Source of the DNA: Bacteroidales bacterium
GTDB lineage: Bacteria; Bacteroidota; Bacteroidia; Bacteroidales; JACABE01
Direction of reading: 5' to 3'
Length of the DNA: 64,000 bases
Assembly (NCBI GenBank): GCA_038204725.1
Contig: JBBRCQ010000010.1
Location: 9,072-73,071, forward strand
The position numbers and the translations under genes are program-made. The notes below the pieces were generated by a model. The model had not been told where the DNA came from. It searched no databases and was given only the letters and a program-made list of their open reading frames with translations. Below, one piece after another: positions 33,257 to 41,239 of the stretch (the stretch's first letter is position 1; every line of letters starts with the position of its first letter).

Positions 33257-34579
33257 ATGAAAAAGGTACTCATTATAACATATTATTGGCCTCCCAGCGG
33301 TGGAGCGGGTGTTCAACGCATGCTAAAATTCGTAAAATATTTTTCACAATTTGGAATTGAACCCATCGTAATTACAGTTGATGAAAAAAAAGCATCCTAT
33401 CAACTAACCGATAGCACTTTACTGAATGATATACCTAAAAATATCAGTATCATTAAAACCAATACATTTGAGCCATTTGAGATTTACAAATTAATTACGA
33501 ATAAAAAAGAAATACCCCATTCAGGCTTTGCCAATGAACCCAATCCAGGTGCTGTTCAAAAAGTCATGCGTTTTATAAGAGGCAACTTTTTTATTCCTGA
33601 CCCAAGGAGAGGATGGAACAGTTTTGCAATCAAAGCAGCCTCCAAAATTATTGAAACAGAAAAAATTGAAGCCATCCTAACGTCAAGTCCTCCACATTCA
33701 ACACAACTCATAGGACTTAAATTGAAAAAAAAATACAATTTACCATGGATTGCCGACTTAAGGGATCCCTGGACAGATATCTATTTTTATGATAAATTAT
33801 TTCATACGACTTTAGCTAAAAGAATTGATGAAAATTTAGAGAAAAAAGTTTTAGAAAATGCAGATGCTGTTTTAGTTGTAAGCCAGGATATTAAACGGAT
33901 TTTTTCTACAAAATCAAAAAAGATTGATGCAAACAAAATTTCAGTGATTCCCAATGGGTTTGATGAAGATGATTTTACGAAACACACAATTAACAATTCT
34001 GAAGAGTTTTCAATTACATATACCGGCACTTTTGCAGATATGTATAAAATTGACGGATTTTTGGCAGCTTTCAAAAGAATCATTGATTTGCATCCTACGA
34101 TTGACATTAAACTTAAATTCATTGGTTTAATTAGTAACAACTTGCCTGAAAAGATAGAAAAGTTAGCATTACAAAACTATGTTTCATTTCAAAAACACAT
34201 TCCCCACAAAGAAGCAGTTAAAGCTTTACAGGAAAGTACAATGTTGTTATTGGTAATTCCAAATATTGAAAAAAATGAAGGAATTTTAACCGGAAAGCTT
34301 TTTGAATATTTGGGTTCAGGAAAACCAATTTTATGTGTTGGTCCGCCCAAAGGAGATGCAGCAGTTATCATTGATGAATGTGAAGCTGGTAAGGTATTTG
34401 ACTATGATAATGAAAATGAAATGTTCAATTTCATTGAACAAAATATCATTTTATGGAAAAAGAAACTTTTAGATAATCTTCCAAATACTAAAGTGGATAA
34501 GTATTCAAGAAAAAAGCTAACCCAAGATCTTGCAGATATTATCAGGGAAATTTCAGATAAATCTAACTTTTCCAAATAG
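33257..34579 (+). CDS. Glycosyltransferase family 4-like
   Basis: 440 aa. MKKVLIITYYWPPSGGAGVQR N-terminus and ...GKLFEYLGSGKPIL C-terminal motif. Confidence 0.7.
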   Translation: MKKVLIITYYWPPSGGAGVQRMLKFVKYFSQFGIEPIVITVDEKKASYQLTDSTLLNDIPKNISIIKTNTFEPFEIYKLITNKKEIPHSGFANEPNPGAVQKVMRFIRGNFFIPDPRRGWNSFAIKAASKIIETEKIEAILTSSPPHSTQLIGLKLKKKYNLPWIADLRDPWTDIYFYDKLFHTTLAKRIDENLEKKVLENADAVLVVSQDIKRIFSTKSKKIDANKISVIPNGFDEDDFTKHTINNSEEFSITYTGTFADMYKIDGFLAAFKRIIDLHPTIDIKLKFIGLISNNLPEKIEKLALQNYVSFQKHIPHKEAVKALQESTMLLLVIPNIEKNEGILTGKLFEYLGSGKPILCVGPPKGDAAVIIDECEAGKVFDYDNENEMFNFIEQNIILWKKKLLDNLPNTKVDKYSRKKLTQDLADIIREISDKSNFSK

Positions 34580-34731
34580 ATTGAATGTTATATTCCAACA
34601 TTGCATTCCAGTGTTGAGATAAAACAGCAAAGGCACTTTCTCTTTTAACCTCATAATCAAACTAATAATAAGAATTTTAAAAAAAGTTTCAAAAATATTC
34701 AATTTAACCTTTGTAGTATTAAAAAAATTAC

Positions 34732-34739
34732 TACTTTTG
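34732..34739 (+). promoter_or_regulatory. -7 promoter box TACTTTTG for the tRNA gene
   Basis: TAnnTTTG ends 5 nt before the first tRNA nucleotide. Confidence 0.6.
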
Positions 34740-34743
34740 CATC

Positions 34744-34828
34744 GGAGAGTTGGCAGAGTGGTCGATTGCGGCAGTCTTGAAAACTGTTGAACTGCAAGGT
34801 TCCTGGGGTTCGAATCCCTAACTCTCCG
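34744..34828 (+). tRNA. tRNA-Ser (anticodon UGA), type II with long variable arm
   Basis: The hand-folded cloverleaf is consistent. Acceptor GGAGAGT/ACTCTCC plus discriminator G; D arm GCA/TGC; anticodon stem GCAGT/ACTGT with loop CT-TGA-AA; long variable arm; T arm TGGGG-TTCGAAT-CCCTA. No encoded CCA. Confidence 0.9.
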
Positions 34829-34852
34829 CATCAACGAGATAAGATAAAAAGT

Positions 34853-34888
34853 AAAAGCCTGAGAACATATTGTTTGCAGGCTTTTTTT
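34853..34888 (+). terminator. Rho-independent terminator after tRNA-Ser
   Basis: AAAAGCCTG ... CAGGCTTTT stem followed by a T-run. Confidence 0.75.
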
Positions 34889-34953
34889 ATGTGAATTACC
34901 TATTTATTATACTTTCTTTTTCCTTCTTATCATTCCTGCCTGATTCAAACGTA

Positions 34954-35085
34954 TCACTTTACCCGAAAAGCCCTGGCTTTCCGTTCTATTTCGGAAGATG
35001 AAACTTTATATTTTGCAGCAATTTTTCGCCACATAGAAACCGGTAAACTTTGCAATCCATATTTTCCCTTTTGTTTCCTACTCAT
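34954..35085 (-). CDS. Possible 43-aa basic small protein (below the ORF-track cutoff)
   Basis: ATG at 35085 reads MSRKQKGKYGLQSLPVSMWRKIAAKYKVSSSEIERKARAFRVK*. It lies in the islet beside tRNA-Ser and could be a remnant of a DNA-binding or recombination-directionality gene. There is no other support. Confidence 0.25.
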   Translation of the reverse strand: MSRKQKGKYGLQSLPVSMWRKIAAKYKVSSSEIERKARAFRVK

Positions 35086-35476
35086 TTCATAACAACTGAT
35101 ATTTCAGTACAAATACACTTATTATAATTGAAATATCATAGATTATAAAATAAAAAGTGTAAAAAAATGGCATTTACATTTCTTTGTGGGATTTAAATAA
35201 TTCGAATCGAGGCATTAAAAATGCAAAAAAATAAATGATAGCCACTAAGACACAAAGACACAAATATTATAAACCTAAAATCGGCGCTTATCGTAAAGTT
35301 ATGAATGCGAAATAGAGAACCTTGATTTTCTTTTCATAAAAAATAGGCTTAAAAATTTGAGGTAACTGTATTTATATTAACTTAGCCCCTTCATACAGTA
35401 TCAAAGGCAACAATGAAAGTTAAAAATTTTCATTTAATTGCTTTAATTAAGATATGAAACAGTAAGCATCTGATAT

Positions 35477-36298
35477 ATGAATGTATGGACAGATAGCGGA
35501 AACCATTTTAGTTTAATTGAAATGAAAGAAGGTCAAAAACTTTGGTCTCGAGAAGAATTGATATTAGCCATCAATCTATACTGCAAGATACCTTTCGGAA
35601 AGATGCATCATCGGAATCCGTTGATAATTGAATTTGCAAATCTAATTGGAAGAACACCTTCATCTGTTGCATTTAAGCTTGGCAATTTAGCTAGTTTCGA
35701 TCCGTCACTTAAGGAGCGAGGTATAAAAGGAGCAGCGAATGCGAGCAAACTTGACAAAGAAATTTGGAACGAATTTTACGAAAATTGGGATGAAGCATTG
35801 TTACAAAGTGAAGAATTGTATGCAAAAATGGCTAAAACAACCATTGAGACTATTAATAAGATTGATTTTGAACATCTTCCAAAAGAGGGGATTGATAAAG
35901 AGAGATTGGTAAAAATAAGAATTAACCAATCTATTTTTAGAAATATAATTCTTGCTACCTATAATAACCGATGTTGTATTACAGGCATTGAAAACACGGA
36001 ATTATTGATTGCAAGCCATATTGTACCTTGGAGTAAAGATGATAAAAACAGGTTGAATCCTATGAATGGTCTTTGTTTAAATGCCTTGCACGACAGAGCT
36101 TTTGATTGTGGTTTAATCACAATTTCACCTGATAACTATCATTTGATTATTTCGCCTAAGCTTAAAAGAAGTGTAGTAAATTCTACCATTGAAAGGGATT
36201 TTATTGCTTTTGAAAATAAGTCGATTTTGCTTCCGGATAAATTTCTCCCTTCAAAAGAATTTCTGAATTATCATTATCAAAATATCTTTAGACAATAA
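35477..36298 (+). CDS. HNH-type nuclease (HNH_2 / putative restriction endonuclease family)
   Basis: 273 aa. The C-terminal CCITGIENTELLIASHIVPWSKDDKNRLNPMNGLCLNALHDRAFDCGLITI matches the HNH_2 pattern (AsHI.PW...NG..L....H..FD.G). Confidence 0.7.
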   Translation: MNVWTDSGNHFSLIEMKEGQKLWSREELILAINLYCKIPFGKMHHRNPLIIEFANLIGRTPSSVAFKLGNLASFDPSLKERGIKGAANASKLDKEIWNEFYENWDEALLQSEELYAKMAKTTIETINKIDFEHLPKEGIDKERLVKIRINQSIFRNIILATYNNRCCITGIENTELLIASHIVPWSKDDKNRLNPMNGLCLNALHDRAFDCGLITISPDNYHLIISPKLKRSVVNSTIERDFIAFENKSILLPDKFLPSKEFLNYHYQNIFRQ

Positions 36299-36460
36299 AT
36301 ATTATACTAAAGATAACTTAGCCAACATTCAAAAATATCCTCGAACGCAATTTTATTAGTTAATCCGTTAAAGCTTTTTGGAAAGAAAAACTCTTATAAT
36401 TGAAGATATTATTGAAGATAACCTGCCAATTACTTGTCTTAAAACCACAAAAAAAGGAGC

Positions 36461-36486
36461 CTTACAGCTCCTTTTTTAATTATATA
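36461..36486. terminator. Bidirectional terminator hairpin between the HNH gene and the FKBP gene
   Basis: AAAAAGGAGC-CTTACA-GCTCCTTTTT; the A-run and T-run allow function in both directions. Confidence 0.65.
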
Positions 36487-36501
36487 GTCTTTATTATCAG
36501 C

Positions 36502-37428
36502 TTAGTTTACAGCTATTAATTCAACTTCAAAAACTAGTACAGCATAAGGAGGAATACTATTGCCGGCTCCTCTTTCGCCATAGGCTATTTTGGATGGAAT
36601 GACCAATCTTGCTTTTCCACCAACTTTCATCATGCTAATACCTTCGTCCCAACCAGGGATGACTTCACCTTTGCCCAATGTAAATTCAATTGGCTCATAA
36701 GGACGTTTTGCATCATAAGTACCGGCTTTTTTAGCTTCTGCTTCAATACTGGTATCAAAAACAGTTCCGTTGGTTAATTTACCTGTATAGTTCACTTTTA
36801 CTTTTTTACCTTTTTCGGCTTTAGCACCGTTTCCTTTTTTCAGGTCGATAAAATACAAACCACTTTCAGTAGGTTTTACCTTAATTTTATTATCACTCAG
36901 GTATTTTTCAATATCTGTGCTTTCTTTAACTTTGGCTGCTTCAAGCATTTTTTGCTGACTGGCCATCATTTCGTTTTTTTCTTTTTCAGCTACAGCTTTT
37001 GAAACAATTTCAGTAATTTTAATGTCGTAATACAACACATCACCTGTTTTGATAAATTCAGGTAAATTCATTACTTTTTTCAGTGAATCGGCACTTATAA
37101 TAAATGTTACACTATCACCAACACCCATCATGGCAAGACCTTCGTTTAAATCACCTTTGTAATAAGAAGTATCCAGTTTGAAAAGTCTTTGAGGATTACC
37201 TGCATTGGTAAACAATGTAGAATCGGAAGTTCTAACAGTTAATTCAGCAACCAAAATATCACCAAGAACTGGTTTTTGGGCATCTTTGTTTTCAACATGG
37301 AACTTGTAATACAATCCATTATCTGTTTCTTTAAATCCCGGGTATTTTGATTTACCACAAGAAGTAATTATCACTGCCAAAAGGGCAACGAATAAAATTG
37401 CAATTTGATTTTTTCTGTTCATTTTCAT
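36502..37428 (-). CDS. FKBP-type peptidyl-prolyl cis-trans isomerase lipoprotein (two-domain)
   Basis: 308 aa, lipobox ITSC. C-terminal FKBP domain ...VNYTGKLTNGTVFDTS...GEVIPGWDEG...IPPYAVLVFEVELI. Confidence 0.85.
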   Translation of the reverse strand: MKMNRKNQIAILFVALLAVIITSCGKSKYPGFKETDNGLYYKFHVENKDAQKPVLGDILVAELTVRTSDSTLFTNAGNPQRLFKLDTSYYKGDLNEGLAMMGVGDSVTFIISADSLKKVMNLPEFIKTGDVLYYDIKITEIVSKAVAEKEKNEMMASQQKMLEAAKVKESTDIEKYLSDNKIKVKPTESGLYFIDLKKGNGAKAEKGKKVKVNYTGKLTNGTVFDTSIEAEAKKAGTYDAKRPYEPIEFTLGKGEVIPGWDEGISMMKVGGKARLVIPSKIAYGERGAGNSIPPYAVLVFEVELIAVN

Positions 37429-37465
37429 TTTAATTAATAATAAATATTTGTTTTTATTTACATTT

Positions 37466-38008
37466 TCAGTTAACCTCTAATAATTCTACATCGTATACCA
37501 ATGTAGCTTTCCGTGGTATTTTTTTTTGATCGCCTACCAATCCAAAAGCAAGATGCGAAGGTATAATAAATTTTGCTTTGTCACCAACTTTTAATAATAA
37601 AATTCCTTCTTCTAAACCAACTTCTACATCTGCTTTACCCATTTTAAAAATTTTTGCACCATCAAATGCTGAATTATAAACAGTTACACCATTCAACAAA
37701 GCCGTTCTGTAATTTATTTTTATCGTATGATTTTTTTTTGCTGGCTTTCCATTCCCTTGTTTATAAATCAGATACCTCAATCCGGAACCTGTTGCTTTCA
37801 TTTCCCATCCATATCTTTTGATATATGCTTCAATCTGTTCATTTTCATTGGTTGTAAGCAAACTGTTTACATTCATCATACGATGGTCAATTGTATCCTG
37901 ACTGATCACTTTTCTGACAGTATCCGGGGATTTCTGACTACAAGAACTGCAAGTAAACAGTATGATCAGTATCATAACAACATTGTTCTGTAAAACCGAT
38001 AGTTGCAT
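37466..38008 (-). CDS. FKBP-type peptidyl-prolyl cis-trans isomerase
   Basis: 180 aa, signal/lipobox FTCSSC. FKBP motifs INYRTALLNG..., GLEEGILLLKVGDKA and LVYDVELL. Confidence 0.8.
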   Translation of the reverse strand: MQLSVLQNNVVMILIILFTCSSCSQKSPDTVRKVISQDTIDHRMMNVNSLLTTNENEQIEAYIKRYGWEMKATGSGLRYLIYKQGNGKPAKKNHTIKINYRTALLNGVTVYNSAFDGAKIFKMGKADVEVGLEEGILLLKVGDKAKFIIPSHLAFGLVGDQKKIPRKATLVYDVELLEVN

Positions 38009-38013
38009 AGTTT

Positions 38014-39030
38014 TTATTTTATTAAAATCTTTGTATAATCCAACAGACTTGCTTCAAACTTCTTCACCGTTTCGCTCAAAGATACATAAGATGTAGCACC
38101 TGAGGCATTCTTATGTCCACCCCCATCAAAATAAGTGTGGGCAAATACATTTACATCCACTTCTCCTTTTGAGCGAAAAGAAATCCTAATCTTGCCATCA
38201 CGTTCTGAAAAAAGTGCGGCTAATTTAATTTTTTTCATCGACAAAGCATAATTTACAACGCCTTCGGTATCACCAATCTGATAATTAAAACGATTCATCT
38301 CTTCTTTTGTCAATGTAATATAGGCGGTAGACAATTCATTCAATACAGTTAACTTTTCGCTTAAACAAAAACCCAACAAACGCAAACGGTTTTCGGAAAA
38401 AGTATCGTATACCAAATGATTTATTTCTTCAGCATTGATTCCTTTTTTTACTAAAGAAGCTGTGATAAGATACGTTTTTTCATAATTACAGGCATAACTG
38501 AACGAGCCGGTATCTGTCATGATGCCTGTATAAATGCAAGCAGCAATATCAACATCTATGATTGCTTCATCCCCGAAACCGGTTATAAAATCATAAATAA
38601 GTTCTGCTGTCGACGACACTTTGGTTTCAGAAAAAACATGATCAAATACTTCTTTTTCAGGATCTATATGATGATCTATCAATATTTTAAGAGCTTTTGT
38701 TTTTCTTAAAACTGCCTCTAGTTTTTCAACTCTTTTGAGGGCATTAAAATCAAGACAAAATATAACGTCGGCACTTTCAATCAACAAATCACAAGCCTTT
38801 TTTTTGGCATTGTATTTCAATATATCATCATTGCCTTTCATCCAGGCTAAATTATCGGGGAAATTATCAGGAACAATTACTTGAACGGTATGCTGTTTAA
38901 TTAAAAAATAATTACACAGCGCCAGTGACGATCCAATGGCATCACCGTCAGGATTGGCATGTGATACGATCACAATGTTTCTTTTTTCCGAGAAAAATAG
39001 TTGTAATGATGAGATATTAAAGTTGTTCAA
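38014..39030 (-). CDS. nrnA: DHH-family phosphoesterase (NrnA-like oligoribonuclease/pAp phosphatase)
   Basis: 338 aa. Motifs SHANPDGDAIGS, LIDHH and a DHHA1-type GGGHKNASG. Confidence 0.8.
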   Translation of the reverse strand: MNNFNISSLQLFFSEKRNIVIVSHANPDGDAIGSSLALCNYFLIKQHTVQVIVPDNFPDNLAWMKGNDDILKYNAKKKACDLLIESADVIFCLDFNALKRVEKLEAVLRKTKALKILIDHHIDPEKEVFDHVFSETKVSSTAELIYDFITGFGDEAIIDVDIAACIYTGIMTDTGSFSYACNYEKTYLITASLVKKGINAEEINHLVYDTFSENRLRLLGFCLSEKLTVLNELSTAYITLTKEEMNRFNYQIGDTEGVVNYALSMKKIKLAALFSERDGKIRISFRSKGEVDVNVFAHTYFDGGGHKNASGATSYVSLSETVKKFEASLLDYTKILIK

Positions 39031-39148
39031 TGGATAAGTATTTAATTTTTAGCTAGAAAAACAAGTTTGCAAAATTAAAAATAAAAACACAGCTTTTATT
39101 CATTTGTTTTATTATTTTTACATCCTAATAAAATAAACATTCTATAAG

Positions 39149-39571
39149 ATGAAAGGAAAAATAACATTTACAATCATAAAACCGTGTGCCGTTGAAGCTG
39201 GCAAGATTGGAACTATTTTAGATTTACTTATCAATCATCATTTTAAAATCAGAGCCATGAAATATACCCGCCTTTCAAAAAGCCAGGCCGAGAAATTTTA
39301 CAGTATCCATAAGGAAAAGCCATTTTTTAATGATTTGGTTGAATTTATGAGTTCTGGTCCTATAGTGGCTGCTATTCTGGAAAAAGAAAATGCTGTGGAT
39401 GCATTCAGGGAATTTATTGGGGCAACCGATCCGGCTAAAGCCGAAAAAGGTACCATCAGACAATTATTTGGTACGTCTGTCCAGAACAATGCTGTGCATG
39501 GTTCCGATTCTGACGAAAATGCAATTATTGAATCCAATTTTTTCTTTCCAACTTTTGAGCGATATTTCTAA
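39149..39571 (+). CDS. ndk: Nucleoside diphosphate kinase
   Basis: 140 aa. TFTIIKP and the active-site NAVHGSDS. Confidence 0.9.
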   Translation: MKGKITFTIIKPCAVEAGKIGTILDLLINHHFKIRAMKYTRLSKSQAEKFYSIHKEKPFFNDLVEFMSSGPIVAAILEKENAVDAFREFIGATDPAKAEKGTIRQLFGTSVQNNAVHGSDSDENAIIESNFFFPTFERYF

Positions 39572-39592
39572 TATTCAAATAGAACTCAATCG

Positions 39593-40408
39593 TTACTTTT
39601 TGTTTTCAATTAAAAAATAAACAGTAGTTGTAAAAAAATCTCTAATCCAGGGAATTGATGCAATGAATTTATTTTGCACTCTTGGATTCAAATTGAATTT
39701 GAATTTATAATTAGGATTTATAAAATAATAAATTGCTTTACGTATTGTAAATCCGTTGCTGTTTGCTTCGCGATGAAAACCATTGATACTTATTTGCGTA
39801 GCTTTGATATCCTCCCAATCGTCGATGTAAGGATATTTGTCCCATTTTAATAAAAGTTTGGTAAACCACATGGGAAGCAAATGAAAATAAGGCATGCGGG
39901 AATACAGTTTATTGGTGAGCATTTGCTGATGTCCTCCAAAAGGCATATGCCAAGGAGGCATTGCAATAAATACAAAACCATTGGGTTTTAAAAATTCCTT
40001 AACCTTTTCAAACAATATTTTCCGGTTATGTATGTGTTCAATTACATCTTTTAAGATTATCAAATCGAATTTTCCACCCAATGCTTCAACATTTACTTTA
40101 AATACATCCTGATCAAAAAAATGGATCTGTCCGGCTTCAAATTCTGTTTTCATAAATCGTTTGGCAAGATTTACCCTCGATTCGCTGATTTCTACGCCCA
40201 CACAACTATGACCTAATTCCGTAAACGCCTTCAATACACCGGCTTCAGCTGACCCTATTTCAAGGATTCTGAGTTTTTGAGAAAAATCAAGATATTTATC
40301 TACCAAAGGAACTATATATTCTTTTGAATGTAGATATTGATAATTAAAATATCGTTCAGCATCATTATGAAAATCGTACACCATACTCTTTATAATTTGA
40401 ATGGACAA
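39593..40408 (-). CDS. Class I SAM-dependent methyltransferase
   Basis: 271 aa. Motif I ILEIGSAEAG and post-I/II patterns (DLIILKDVIEH). Confidence 0.75.
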   Translation of the reverse strand: MSIQIIKSMVYDFHNDAERYFNYQYLHSKEYIVPLVDKYLDFSQKLRILEIGSAEAGVLKAFTELGHSCVGVEISESRVNLAKRFMKTEFEAGQIHFFDQDVFKVNVEALGGKFDLIILKDVIEHIHNRKILFEKVKEFLKPNGFVFIAMPPWHMPFGGHQQMLTNKLYSRMPYFHLLPMWFTKLLLKWDKYPYIDDWEDIKATQISINGFHREANSNGFTIRKAIYYFINPNYKFKFNLNPRVQNKFIASIPWIRDFFTTTVYFLIENKK

Positions 40409-40439
40409 AAGTATTAAAAATATTCGAATTATAAAAAAT

Positions 40440-40564
40440 AGTGATTAGTGAATAGTAAATAGTGAACAGTGAACAGTGAACAGTGAATAGTGAACAGTGA
40501 TTAGTGAATAGTGAACAGTGATTAGTGAATAGTGAATAGTGAATAGTGAACAGTGATTAGTGCC
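40440..40564. repeat. Phased heptamer array, 17 units of AGTGAWY (AGTGAAC/AGTGAAT/AGTGATT)
   Basis: The 7-nt register is unbroken from 40440 to 40558. This array is the source of the artefactual ORF 40445-40636 (HYSLFTV...). Confidence 0.95.
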
Positions 40565-40639
40565 AATCAAGAGTTGAAAACTATCATTTTTTTCAATGTT
40601 AGATTCCACGCTTGCTAAAGCTATATGGAATGACAACTT

Positions 40640-40905
40640 TAATTTTTAAAAGTGAGGAATAATTGACGGCCAGATTCCTCACTTCGCTACTAATGACAGC
40701 TTAACTTTTGTTAGTGAGGAATAATGGACTGCTTCGCCGTCCATTATTCCACTTTAAAACCACAGATGGCTGTCATTCCGAATGGAGAGAAGCGGAATGA
40801 GGAATCCCTTTCTAGCTCGGGACTAAGCTATCGCTTATCATCAAGAAATTGCAGCTCGGGACTGAGCTAAAAGCTCAGTAACTTAATATCCTAATATCTT
40901 AATAA
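40640..40905. repeat. Cluster of hairpin/REP-like repeats, including an inverted copy of the 26.3-kb repeat family
   Basis: AGTGAGGAAT/ATTCCTCACT (40651-40683), GGAATAATGGAC/GTCCATTATTCC (about 40716-40752), GTCATTCCGAATGG..GGAATGAGGAATCC, and 40813-40866, which is the reverse complement of the 26323-26377 unit (CCCGAGCTRCAATTTC..TAAGCGAYAGCTTAGT). Confidence 0.85.
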
Positions 40906-40965
40906 CCAAATATCAATTATATTAAAAATAATTTGTAGGTTTGCACTTTTACAAATTGTATCAAA

Positions 40966-41223
40966 ATGTTAGAATTTATCCTTTGGTTTATCCTCATTTT
41001 CATCTTGTTTCGGATTTTTGCAAAATTCTTGCTGCCTTATATTATAAAGTATTACCTGAAAAAATTTCAGCAGAAATTTAATCAGTCCACTCAAACGAAG
41101 GATCCGAATCGAAAAGAAGGAGAAACGCATGTTGAATTTGTTCCCAAAAGCAAATCAAAAAAAGGCAAAAACACCGAAAATTTAGGTGAATATATTGATT
41201 ACGAAGAATTAGATAACAAATAA
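40966..41223 (+). CDS. Small membrane protein (DUF4834-like)
   Basis: 85 aa. N-terminal TM, a basic linker, and a C-terminal GEYIDYEEL motif that I associate with DUF4834. Confidence 0.55.
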   Translation: MLEFILWFILIFILFRIFAKFLLPYIIKYYLKKFQQKFNQSTQTKDPNRKEGETHVEFVPKSKSKKGKNTENLGEYIDYEELDNK

Positions 41224-41239
41224 TATAATTAAAAAGAAT

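Noticed and set aside
34553-34834. 93-aa minus-strand ORF overlapping the tRNA
   Set aside because: It covers the antisense of tRNA-Ser and the promoter region. The tRNA fold is convincing and the ORF has no supporting features.
40445-40636. 63-aa ORF (…HYSLFTVHYSLITVH…) on the minus strand
   Set aside because: It is only the translation of the phased AGTGAWY heptamer array. The periodic peptide has no start context and no coding signal.
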